Positions 1-8,515 of a stretch of 64,000 nucleotides of DNA are shown here, piece after piece. The DNA lies in NCBI GenBank assembly GCA_014378465.1, contig JACMNQ010000065.1:5186-69185 (forward strand), given 5' to 3'. A model generated the notes under the pieces. The model searched no databases. It saw nothing but the letters and a program-made list of their open reading frames with translations, and was not told the DNA's origin. Source of the DNA: Oligoflexia bacterium. Lineage in GTDB: Bacteria > Bdellovibrionota > UBA1018. Position 1 is the stretch's first letter. The number at the start of each line of letters is the position of its first letter. Made by a program: the position numbers and the translations under genes.

Positions 1-2
1 AT

Positions 3-347
3 CTTTTTCCAGACATCGAAGCCCAGCCCGGGATCGGCCTTGCGACCCAGGCGCTCTATTATCGCCTGAAGCCTTCAGAACAGGTCAATGTCATGGGACA
101 GCTCGATCTGACTGCGACCCCCTACATTCATAAAACCTTCATCAATCCGGACGGCACCGAAATTGAGCCGTTTCTCGCGATTCCCTTCGGTCTCGGGTTC
201 AGTGGGGGTCAGTACAAAGCGATCACTTCAGCTGCAGTGGGCACGATCATCAAATCGAGTCCCAACCTGAGATACGTGCTGGAGCTCGGGATCAACATCA
301 ACCATTCAGAGAGTTATGTCTCGGGCGGGATCGCGTTCTATCCTTAA
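3..347 (+). CDS. hypothetical protein, C-terminal fragment entering the window (possible outer-membrane beta-barrel protein)
   Basis: The reading frame is open from window position 3 (LFPDIEAQPGIGL...) through the annotated 93..347 ORF. Glycine/aromatic-rich alternating pattern ending ...GGIAFYP. No recognised family. Confidence 0.3.
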   Translation, partial: LFPDIEAQPGIGLATQALYYRLKPSEQVNVMGQLDLTATPYIHKTFINPDGTEIEPFLAIPFGLGFSGGQYKAITSAAVGTIIKSSPNLRYVLELGININHSESYVSGGIAFYP

Positions 348-1284
348 TGCTCACGCGAGCACGCGCTCGAAAGCAGCGACTCTGGCCCTGGTTGCAACCG
401 TAGGTCTGACCGTGCTCAAACTCGGAGTGGGATTCCTCTCGGGCTCAGTCGGGGTGATCTCCGAAGGGATTCACTCGTTTCTGGATCTGGTCTCGGCCAC
501 GGTCGCATTCTTCACCGTGCGTGAAGCGGGCAAGCCGGCGGATCCCGAGCATCCCTTCGGACATGGCAAGATCGAGACCCTCTCGAGTCTTTTTGAGTCG
601 CTTCTGCTGGTCGTGGCGGCAGGTTTCATCACTTATGAAGGGATCGAGCACTTCTCACATCCCGCGCCGATCGCGCATCAGAATCTCGCAGTGATCACGA
701 TCCTGATCTCCATGGTCGTCAGTTACTTCGTTTACGTTCATAACGCGAAAGCGGCCCAGGAGACTGACAGCAGCGCGATCAAGGTCAATGCCCTCCATTT
801 TCTTTCGGACGTCGTCGCGAGCGCCGGGATTCTGGTTGGGCTTCTCATTCTGCGTTTCACGGGCTGGCTCTTGATTGATCCGCTCATGGCGTTTGGCGTG
901 GCCGGCTACATCCTCCTGATTTCCATCAAGCAGGTCAAAGAAGCCCTGTTTGAATTGGCCGACACGCAGTTGCCTGAGCGGGAAGTCACGGAGCTCAGGA
1001 AAATCCTGGACCGTTTTCAAGGCGGAGAAGCGATCGAATCTCACGACCTTCGCACCAGAAAGAGCGGAGCTACCCGGCACATTGATTTTCATCTGGTCGT
1101 TTGCGGCGAGATGAGCGTGACTGAGTCCCACGCGATCTGTGATGAAATGGAAGCGAAAATCATCGAAGACTTTCCCAGTGCTTCCGTCAACATTCACGTT
1201 GAACCGTGCGAGACCGAAAACATGAATTGCCAGGAAGGATGCGCCCGTTTTCAGGCGCAGCTCGGGAGAAAGAGAAAAGTATGA
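316..1284 (+). CDS. cation diffusion facilitator (CDF) family metal efflux transporter
   Basis: HPFGHGK(I)E motif, six predicted TM helices, and a C-terminal cytoplasmic domain with an H/D/E metal site (HIDFHLVVCGEMSVTESHAICDE). Start overlaps the preceding ORF and may be later or non-ATG. Confidence 0.8.
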   Translation: MSRAGSRSILNAHASTRSKAATLALVATVGLTVLKLGVGFLSGSVGVISEGIHSFLDLVSATVAFFTVREAGKPADPEHPFGHGKIETLSSLFESLLLVVAAGFITYEGIEHFSHPAPIAHQNLAVITILISMVVSYFVYVHNAKAAQETDSSAIKVNALHFLSDVVASAGILVGLLILRFTGWLLIDPLMAFGVAGYILLISIKQVKEALFELADTQLPEREVTELRKILDRFQGGEAIESHDLRTRKSGATRHIDFHLVVCGEMSVTESHAICDEMEAKIIEDFPSASVNIHVEPCETENMNCQEGCARFQAQLGRKRKV

Positions 1285-2198
1285 ATAAAAATCTCTTCAT
1301 CACCGCGCATCCCGCGCCCTGGGAGTCCGCCTCCGAGAAAGAACTCCGCAAAGTCAAAGGCGTCTGCCTTGACATCGATGACACGCTTTCGACTCACGGC
1401 AAACTCACGGCCGAGGCCTATCAGGCCCTCTGGAACCTGAAGAACGCAGGCTTTTTCGTGGTCCCGGTCACGGGCCGTCCTGCAGGCTGGTGTGATCACT
1501 TCGCGCGCTTTTGGCCCGTGGACGCGATCATCGGCGAAAACGGCGCTTTCATCTTTTACATGCATGAAGGCAAAAGAAAGAGACTTGACACTCTGGGCGC
1601 GGCTGCGGGAACGGAAGTGACTCGCAAGCAGAACCTTGAAGAGCTCGGAATAAAAATTCTCGCACGTTACCCCTTCGCGAAGTGGGCTTCCGACCAGAGT
1701 TACCGCGAGTACGATCTTGCGATCGACATCTGCGAGGATGTTCAGGCCTGGAAGAGCGAAGACGTGCAGGGGCTTCTTGAACTCTGTCACGCGCAAGGGG
1801 CGAAGGCCAAGCTCTCGAGCATTCACGTCAACGCCTGGTTCGGAGAGTTCGACAAGCGCAAGGGTTTCGAGAACTGGATGAAACTCGGCTACCCGGGGCT
1901 TGAGAACGCGCGGGGGCCCGACTCTACAGTTCTGGCGCTACCCGCAGAAAACGAATGGCTTTTCATCGGTGACTCTCCGAATGACGAGCCCCTTTTCGCG
2001 ACATTTGAGTTCAGCGTCGGAGTGGCTAATCTGAAGAAATATCTAAGTCCTCAGACTCAAACTCAGAACTCAAGTCAGAATCCAGCCCAACCGCCCGCTC
2101 TGACTCATCCGCCTCGTTGGTTGACTCAGGCTGAGAGTGGAGCTGGATTTGTCCAAATGTCGGACCGGCTCGTAGCTTTGCGTAAAGCTCGGGGCTGA
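1281..2198 (+). CDS. HAD superfamily (Cof-like / IIB) phosphatase
   Basis: Motif I CLDIDDTL, a later GDSPNDEPLF motif IV, and an ATGA start/stop overlap with the CDF gene. The C-terminal ~50 aa are low-complexity and overlap the convergent RluA-like gene. Confidence 0.7.
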   Translation: MNKNLFITAHPAPWESASEKELRKVKGVCLDIDDTLSTHGKLTAEAYQALWNLKNAGFFVVPVTGRPAGWCDHFARFWPVDAIIGENGAFIFYMHEGKRKRLDTLGAAAGTEVTRKQNLEELGIKILARYPFAKWASDQSYREYDLAIDICEDVQAWKSEDVQGLLELCHAQGAKAKLSSIHVNAWFGEFDKRKGFENWMKLGYPGLENARGPDSTVLALPAENEWLFIGDSPNDEPLFATFEFSVGVANLKKYLSPQTQTQNSSQNPAQPPALTHPPRWLTQAESGAGFVQMSDRLVALRKARG

Positions 2199-3225
2199 AC
2201 GCGGTCGCGGGATTTCTTTCGCGTTCGATGAAGTCCTGGATATCTTGCGGAAGCGGCGCCGCATACTCCACCTTCTTGCCCGTGAAGGGGTGCACGAAGC
2301 TGATGCCTGCGGCATGCAGCGCGTGTCTCGGCAACATGAGTCTGGCTTCGAGTTCAGGGGAGATGTACTGGCGGTCATACATGCGAACGGAATCCGTTTC
2401 GGGTACGCCGTAGAGTTTGTCGCCCACGATGGGGTGGCCTGCTGACTCGAGGTGCACGCGGATCTGGTGCTGTCTCCCGGTTTTGGGCATGCACTCCACC
2501 AGCGAAAAATGTCCAGCAGTCTCGATGCGTTTGAACTTCGTCGCCGCGGGCGCGCCGCCCTCTTCGAGCGGGATGCAGGCCATCTTGAGGCCCACGATCG
2601 AAGTTTTGGAGCGTCCCATCGGCAGGTTCACTTCAAACTCGTCGGGAGTGATTCCGTGCACGAGTGCGAGGTACTTTTTTTCTGTACTTCGCTGGGCGAA
2701 TTGTTTCGCGAGGTGGGCGCAGGACTCCTTGTCCTTGGCGAGCACGAGCACTCCGCTCGTTTCCTTGTCGATCCGGTGCGCGAGAAAATAGAATTCTTCC
2801 GCCTTGAGTGGATTTTTCTCACTTTCAGTTTTCAAATGGACCGTCAAAGTGTTGAAGAAGTAGCGTCCGGAAGGATGCACCGGCAGATTTGCAGGTTTTG
2901 AAATCACGAAGAGCACAGTGTCCTGGTGGAGGATCTTGTAATCGAAGGAGACTTCGGGCTCTGGCTTTCGTTCGCTTTTCACAAGCACGACGTCGCCTGC
3001 GACGACCTGCAAACTGGCTTTCATCTTTCCGACGGAGAGGTGAGCGCCCTGCTCGCGCTGAATGGTGATGGCTCCTTCATCGATCGCTTTCTTGATCTGT
3101 TCGCGCGAGCGCTTGCGGTAGAATCCCTTGATGTAGCGGTCGAGTCGGATGCCCGATTGATTCGGGCCTACCGTGTAGCTGACGAGGTAGTGCTCGGAAG
3201 TGAGGGTATGGGAAATGATGGCCAT
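2026..3225 (-). CDS. RluA-family 23S rRNA pseudouridine synthase (S4 domain + catalytic domain) with acidic C-terminal tail
   Basis: N-terminal S4-like segment (GIRLDRYIKGFY...), catalytic motif HRIDKETSGVLVLAK, and conserved GRQHQIRVHL. The acidic tail (SEFESEDLDISSD) lies in the 173-bp convergent overlap with the HAD gene. Confidence 0.8.
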   Translation of the reverse strand: MAIISHTLTSEHYLVSYTVGPNQSGIRLDRYIKGFYRKRSREQIKKAIDEGAITIQREQGAHLSVGKMKASLQVVAGDVVLVKSERKPEPEVSFDYKILHQDTVLFVISKPANLPVHPSGRYFFNTLTVHLKTESEKNPLKAEEFYFLAHRIDKETSGVLVLAKDKESCAHLAKQFAQRSTEKKYLALVHGITPDEFEVNLPMGRSKTSIVGLKMACIPLEEGGAPAATKFKRIETAGHFSLVECMPKTGRQHQIRVHLESAGHPIVGDKLYGVPETDSVRMYDRQYISPELEARLMLPRHALHAAGISFVHPFTGKKVEYAAPLPQDIQDFIERERNPATAFSPELYAKLRAGPTFGQIQLHSQPESTNEADESERAVGLDSDLSSEFESEDLDISSD

Positions 3226-3282
3226 AGCGCGTTAAGTGGTCCTACCATAGAATGCGGACCGCAGTTTGCAAAAGTGGGGGCC

Positions 3283-3771
3283 ATGAACCCGACTTACCTG
3301 GTCTGCGAAAAGTGCTTGAAAACGAACCGAATTCCGACGGCCGGTCCGGCTCACCCGGCAGGCAGCCCAGCCGCACCAGAGTCGAGAGTTCCTGTTTGCG
3401 GCAACTGCAAAGCCGAATTTTCCAACTGGCATTCCGGTGTCAGTGAAGTCAGTGCCGCCGCCCTGGCCAAACTCATCCAGGCTTCGCCCATTCCAGTCGT
3501 TGCCGATTTCTGGGCACCGTGGTGCGGCCCGTGTCGCGCGTTTGCTCCCACCTTTCAACAAGCCGCCACGCAGTGTCTGGGGCGCGCCGTTCTGGTCAAA
3601 GTGAATACGGAGGCTCAGCCTGCCGCCGGTCAGTCTTACGGGATCCGGGGCATACCGACCCTGGTCATTTTCAAAGGGGGAGTGGAGTCCGATCGTCAAT
3701 CGGGTGCCATGCCCTTGCCCACGTTCCTGAGTTGGCTCAATCCCTGGTTGAGTGCACCTCGCGCGGCGTGA
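3283..3771 (+). CDS. trxC: thioredoxin 2 (N-terminal zinc-finger + thioredoxin domain)
   Basis: Two CxxC pairs at the N-terminus (CEKC...CGNC) followed by the WCGPC active site. 162 aa. The ORF-track start at 2926 is antisense read-through of the RluA gene, so the in-frame ATG at 3283 is used. Confidence 0.75.
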   Translation: MNPTYLVCEKCLKTNRIPTAGPAHPAGSPAAPESRVPVCGNCKAEFSNWHSGVSEVSAAALAKLIQASPIPVVADFWAPWCGPCRAFAPTFQQAATQCLGRAVLVKVNTEAQPAAGQSYGIRGIPTLVIFKGGVESDRQSGAMPLPTFLSWLNPWLSAPRAA

Positions 3772-3838
3772 CGAAACTTCTGCGCAGCTGCATATTTTTC
3801 CCAATGCGCGCCTCAAAAGTTTCTGTTTCAATCGTGAG

Positions 3839-4210
3839 ATGAGAAAATTCGGTTGGATGTCCGTCGTTCTTTTTGCCCTGCTGAGTCTACCTTCGTCGGG
3901 ATCGGCAGGACAGGTCGTTTACAAGAACATGTACTCGGGCCATGACCTCGTCCAGGGCATTGGCAAGACCGTGGCCGAAGCCAATCAGGACGCGAAGGCG
4001 GCCATTCCTCCTCAGTTCAAGGTGGACCCCCTGAACAGCGCGACGCTGGAGTGCAGTGTTTCCGATGCGCAGAACCTGCTCGGCGAAGGGACGGAGTGTG
4101 ATCCAAAAATTCCTGGAAATCGGGTGCGAGTCACGATCCCGATCAGCCTTGCGACTTCCGGCGGAAAGGCGGCTGACAAAACGAATGAGAAAGCAGCGTC
4201 AAAGAAGTGA
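3839..4210 (+). CDS. hypothetical small secreted protein
   Basis: Signal peptide MRKFGWMSVVLFALLSLPSSGSAG and lysine-rich C-terminus. No recognised domain. Confidence 0.4.
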   Translation: MRKFGWMSVVLFALLSLPSSGSAGQVVYKNMYSGHDLVQGIGKTVAEANQDAKAAIPPQFKVDPLNSATLECSVSDAQNLLGEGTECDPKIPGNRVRVTIPISLATSGGKAADKTNEKAASKK

Positions 4211-4237
4211 TTGCGGACCCTTGTTGGAAAGTTTCCG

Positions 4238-5248
4238 TCAGAGAAGTTCTTCAAGCACCTGGTCGTGAAATGCAGGGCCTGCGGAATGGCAGTACCGGAT
4301 CAGGCCCCTGGATTCTGAAAAATTTTCGGATACGACAGGATGATTCCGATTTTTCTTTCCCCGTTTTCCGAAGCTGAAATCCGGGAGTGAAAGAATCCTG
4401 AGTCCCAGCTGATCATCACACGTCATCTTTTCAGGTGAGTTGAAGTAGACGGAAGCCAGAAGATCAAAGGGGAGAAACCCGTTTTCGCGCAGCCCAAGCC
4501 TCCAGATCCTGAGCCAGAGTTTTGAATGCCGGGCCAACCAGGCCGAAGCGCCGCCGGATTGCGACAGAAGCCGAAGGTCGGCGGGAGTGATTTCGAAGTG
4601 AAGCGCGACTTCAGTTGAAATCAGCGCGAAGTGCAGCCCGTGTCCCAGCAGTTCGTCAAAGGAGGCCTCATCTCCCCAGTAGTTGCTGTCAGTCAGAACG
4701 AATTGGCGTTTCCCGACTCGGGGTTCGTAGTCCAGGCGACGGCCTCCCACAAAGATCACTTCTGAAACTTTGGATACACCCTCGGGGTAAAGCCGGAACG
4801 CGCCGGCAATCGTCGTGAGCCGTCCCAGGGCCAGGACGGCGATGGGAGCATTCGCAGAACGCTGTCTCAGAAATTCCGCCAGAGCGCGAGACCCCGCGGA
4901 GTCAAAGTCAGTGGGTGAGGTCGCTCCCGAATACAGCGGAATGCTCTCTTGACTCTGGCCATTCAGTGCCAGAACTTTCGCCGCGATCTTCAATGGGCGA
5001 GCGAGGGTCGGCGCGTTTCCATAAGTCACGCTGATGCCTGCTACGGCATCCGGGTAGTGTTTCAGCGCGTGGGTGAGGGCATAACCGTCATCCACATCCT
5101 TGAACGCAAGCCCTGTGGAGATGTCCGTATCGATCCAGACCTGCTTTCCGGTTGCCTGAGCGTCTTCTGCCCGTACCAAATTCGTCCAGCCCGTGAAGCT
5201 GAAAATGAAACCACTGAGCAGGAAAAGGAAGACGAACCGAGCGATCAT
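4238..5248 (-). CDS. inosine-uridine-preferring nucleoside hydrolase family protein with N-terminal signal/anchor
   Basis: Aspartate cluster VWIDTDISTGLAFKDVDDGYAL (DxDxxxDD Ca-binding motif of IUNH enzymes) and a hydrophobic N-terminus MIARFVFLFLLSGFIFSF. Confidence 0.75.
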   Translation of the reverse strand: MIARFVFLFLLSGFIFSFTGWTNLVRAEDAQATGKQVWIDTDISTGLAFKDVDDGYALTHALKHYPDAVAGISVTYGNAPTLARPLKIAAKVLALNGQSQESIPLYSGATSPTDFDSAGSRALAEFLRQRSANAPIAVLALGRLTTIAGAFRLYPEGVSKVSEVIFVGGRRLDYEPRVGKRQFVLTDSNYWGDEASFDELLGHGLHFALISTEVALHFEITPADLRLLSQSGGASAWLARHSKLWLRIWRLGLRENGFLPFDLLASVYFNSPEKMTCDDQLGLRILSLPDFSFGKRGKKNRNHPVVSENFSESRGLIRYCHSAGPAFHDQVLEELL

Positions 5249-5265
5249 CAGTTAGAGAAAGTAGT

Positions 5266-6291
5266 ATGTCATCTGATCAAAAGCAAACGGCAACGGTCCC
5301 TGAAGGGGGCGTCGTGAGAGTCGAGGAATGGACGAGCGGAGAGTGGCAGGATTTTCTTCTGCGGAAATCCTGGCTCACGCCTCAGGAGCGGGTCTCGAAA
5401 GTCACTCGTCTCGCCGGCGGAAACATGAATCTTTCCCTCAAAGTCACCCATACCTCGGGTGAAATGTTCATCAAACAGGGAAGGCCCTGGGTCGAGAAAT
5501 ACCCTCAATTTGAAGCTCCCTGGGGACGCACTGCGCTTGAAGCGGACTTTTATCTTTGCACGCGTGACACTGCGCGGATTCGTGACGCCATGCCTGCTTT
5601 CATCGGGATTGACGCTGAGCTGCAGGTCCTGGCCACGCAGTGGATTGCGGACACCACAGAGGCCAGCTCAATCTATGCGGAGCAGTCGGGCTCACAGTTT
5701 CTCAGGCAGCACTCTGAGTTCCTGCTTTCCTACCTCGAAGCGCTGAACGGCAGCGAAGTCAAAAAGCTCGAAGGGCGTTTCGACCAGAACCCTCTGAAGC
5801 TTCTGAACTCCTTTCACATCCATGATTATCCTTTTCAAGCAGAGCAAATCCGGGTGGCCGAAGAAGCCTCACTGCAGAATCTCGGCTGGCTGCGCGACGC
5901 ACGCTTCACGAAAGTTCGCGATGAGATGAAAGCCGATTACCTCGGCACTGGCGACCATTTTCTGCATGGCGATTTCTATCCAGGCAGTTTGATGATCAAA
6001 GAGGGTCGACCCATCGTCATTGATTCCGAATTCTGCATGATGGGTCGAAGCGAATTTGATGCAGGAAATCTTTTCGGTCATCTGATTCTGGCGGGAGCGA
6101 AGTCGAATGAGATCGAAATTGAGTGGTCGGGTTCACGGTACTTTCAGTCTCTCGACCTCGGGTACTTGAAGAAGACGGCAGGCATCGAAATTCTGCGGCG
6201 TACCCTGGGGGTCGCGAAAGTCCGCGAATTCAAAAGCCCCGAAGCCTTCGCTGCACTGATCGACTCAGCGCGGGCTCTGCTTTTTCAGTAA
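5266..6291 (+). CDS. phosphotransferase family kinase (APH / 5-methylthioribose kinase-like)
   Basis: Brenner-type catalytic loop HGDFYPGSLM (compare MtnK HGDLHTGS) and the downstream IDSEFCMMGRSEFD (D-x-E-F). Its start is divergent from the nucleoside hydrolase gene, only 17 bp away. Confidence 0.65.
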   Translation: MSSDQKQTATVPEGGVVRVEEWTSGEWQDFLLRKSWLTPQERVSKVTRLAGGNMNLSLKVTHTSGEMFIKQGRPWVEKYPQFEAPWGRTALEADFYLCTRDTARIRDAMPAFIGIDAELQVLATQWIADTTEASSIYAEQSGSQFLRQHSEFLLSYLEALNGSEVKKLEGRFDQNPLKLLNSFHIHDYPFQAEQIRVAEEASLQNLGWLRDARFTKVRDEMKADYLGTGDHFLHGDFYPGSLMIKEGRPIVIDSEFCMMGRSEFDAGNLFGHLILAGAKSNEIEIEWSGSRYFQSLDLGYLKKTAGIEILRRTLGVAKVREFKSPEAFAALIDSARALLFQ

Positions 6292-7011
6292 TTTCACGAG
6301 TTCCGGCGCGGCTTGCTTATAGGTCAGCCAGAGGTGGCGACTGGTGGTCTTGAGCCAGCCTCCCTTCTCGTATTTGCGAGGACTTGTGAGAAGGCAGGCC
6401 TGAATTTCACTCAGGGCGATACCTCTCTGGTGAGCATTCCAGATCAGCAGGTGGTCTTCACCGTAAGCGGTACCGAGAGGAAAATCCCCGAGTTCACGAA
6501 AAACCGATTTCTTCATGCACAGTCCCTGATCACCGAAGGGCATCTTGAAGTAGCGAGAGCGGATCAGAACGCCCAGGTCATTCAAGCGAGTCAGAGGCGA
6601 AGTGCCGGAGAAACGCAGCTTGAAATAATGAATCAAATCGGGATTTTTCTGGAGACTCACTTCGAGACCCATGAGGGTCTGAAGCGTGAAACGCGAGTCC
6701 GAGTGGAGGAACCAGACGAAATCACCCGTCGCTTTTTCCGCTCCGGCGTTCATCTGTTCCGCGCGGCCCTGCTTGGCCGTGATCCAGCGAACTGAACGCC
6801 CCAGGGCCAGAGTTTCGCTGATCAGACTGACGGACTCGGGCGCGAAATGTGATCCCACGAACAGAATTTCAGTCTTGAGTGGCAGATTGATGAGGTCTTC
6901 GATCAATTCCTTCCACGCGTTATCATGCGGACCGACCGGAATGACGACCGAAACGTTCTTCAGCGTGATTGAAAAATCCTGGGGGGACGAAGTTCTTGCA
7001 CTCTCAGTCAT
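6265..7011 (-). CDS. family 2 glycosyltransferase (small, single-domain)
   Basis: VVIPVGPHDN near the N-terminus and a DxD-like FLHSDSR motif. Overlaps the upstream radical SAM gene by 8 nt, suggesting an operon. Resembles glycosyltransferases found clustered with radical-SAM enzymes. Confidence 0.6.
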   Translation of the reverse strand: MTESARTSSPQDFSITLKNVSVVIPVGPHDNAWKELIEDLINLPLKTEILFVGSHFAPESVSLISETLALGRSVRWITAKQGRAEQMNAGAEKATGDFVWFLHSDSRFTLQTLMGLEVSLQKNPDLIHYFKLRFSGTSPLTRLNDLGVLIRSRYFKMPFGDQGLCMKKSVFRELGDFPLGTAYGEDHLLIWNAHQRGIALSEIQACLLTSPRKYEKGGWLKTTSRHLWLTYKQAAPELVKLLKKQSPR

Positions 7012-8368
7012 GAGCAGAGGCCGGCGCAGTGGCAGCGGCTACGGCGTACATTCCCACGGTGGGATTCCACGTCTTCACACCTTCATCCGTTTTCACTTCA
7101 ATGGTTTTCAGGATGAAGTCGTCTCTCTTGGCGTTGTGCATGCACATGGAAATCGGTCCTTCATCGGTCATCACCATGAAAGAGCAGGAGTCAATCCGGT
7201 CGCAGTCGAGCTGCGTCGCGTCCATGAAGTTGTGCACGAAGAAAGTGAGTTTTCCCATCTTGCCCTTGGATTTGATCAGGGAAGGCAGCATCTTCATCAC
7301 TTTGGGAATCGCGAGTTTCGTGACTCCACGAGTGGCCAGTTTTGGATTCTGAATCATCCACTTTCCGAGGTTCTTCGCGAAACCGATCTTGTTGGTGCGG
7401 TCCAGGACCAGCCCTTCGGAAGCGTCCATGAAATCCGTGATGAATTCTGGGTTCTCCAGCATCGGGAAAAGCTTGCCGTCGCTCGTGAGGGAAACTGAAT
7501 ACCGATTGCAGTCCTTGTGACCGATCTGGATGGAGTCGTACGGAAGCTTCACGCCGGCGCCTTCTTCGATCTTGGCCCACACCGTGTCGGCATCGATGAT
7601 GGTATCGCGCTTGCGCAGTTCCCCGCGTCCGGTATCGGCCTGGAGCTGAAACGAAGCGAACTGAACGATGTCCGAATTCTCGGCGAAGAACTGGATCAAA
7701 GCCGGGATCTCATGAAAATTGCCCGCGAAAACGGTGGTGTTGAAGATGATGTGGATGGGGAGCCCGCGCACGCGTTCAATGTACATCTTGCGGACTTTGT
7801 TGAGTTCCACTTCAGTCTTGTGGGGCTTGCGCTCCTGAGTGAGATCGACGTGAAAGGCGATGTCCTTGAGTCCGACGGCGAGAAGTTTCTCGATCAGCGC
7901 ACGAGAAGCCTTGAGGCCGTTGGTCATCAGGGTCGGGTTCATGCCCATCGACTTGATGCGCTTCACGATCTGAATCAATTCCGCTTCGTCTCTGAGGGTT
8001 GGATCACCGCCCGTGACCTGCACGTCAGTGCCGGGTCCGTAATGATCCTTGATCGCGTCTATTCGGGCGAAGATTTCCTGCAGCGGAATGTCCTTCACGG
8101 ACTCAGAATTTTCCGAGAGGTAACAGAGCGTGCAATCAAGATTGCACCGTTGAGTCACTTCGAGCGCGACGCAACCGATGGGGTAGCGTTTGCCCAGGAT
8201 CTGCTGGGCCGTCCACGCGCCGGCTTTTTTCACGCGCTCCGCCGCTTTTGCAGTCGCTGCCTTCACGCTTCCCTGGGATCCGATCGTGTAGGGACGAAAC
8301 GTTCTGATCTCCTCAGCGCCGTAAAATTTCATGGGTTCAGAAGAAACGCACTTCGTGAGCAAAGTCAA
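7004..8368 (-). CDS. radical SAM protein (Cys-containing C-terminal extension)
   Basis: CNLDCTLCY (CxxxCxxC) followed by VQVTGGDPTLR (SAM glycine-rich motif). 454 aa, with extra cysteines near the C-terminus (CDRIDSCSF..MCMH). The start may be the internal Met (MKFYG...). Confidence 0.75.
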   Translation of the reverse strand: MTLLTKCVSSEPMKFYGAEEIRTFRPYTIGSQGSVKAATAKAAERVKKAGAWTAQQILGKRYPIGCVALEVTQRCNLDCTLCYLSENSESVKDIPLQEIFARIDAIKDHYGPGTDVQVTGGDPTLRDEAELIQIVKRIKSMGMNPTLMTNGLKASRALIEKLLAVGLKDIAFHVDLTQERKPHKTEVELNKVRKMYIERVRGLPIHIIFNTTVFAGNFHEIPALIQFFAENSDIVQFASFQLQADTGRGELRKRDTIIDADTVWAKIEEGAGVKLPYDSIQIGHKDCNRYSVSLTSDGKLFPMLENPEFITDFMDASEGLVLDRTNKIGFAKNLGKWMIQNPKLATRGVTKLAIPKVMKMLPSLIKSKGKMGKLTFFVHNFMDATQLDCDRIDSCSFMVMTDEGPISMCMHNAKRDDFILKTIEVKTDEGVKTWNPTVGMYAVAAATAPASAHD

Positions 8369-8515
8369 TTGTGGAGAAGCTGTCCGTATTTCGTCCGAGC
8401 GATTTTCACGTGCTTGTGCTGTCCTGCGCAGTCGCCTGTGCAGGCTGCCGCGTCACCCGTGCAAGGAGGATGCAACGAAATGCAATGAAGGGGCGAACCC
8501 GGGAGCGCGCTGGAG

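Noticed and set aside
655-1826. minus-strand ORFs 655-1197 and 1251-1826
   Set aside because: Antisense to the CDF transporter and HAD hydrolase. No motifs.
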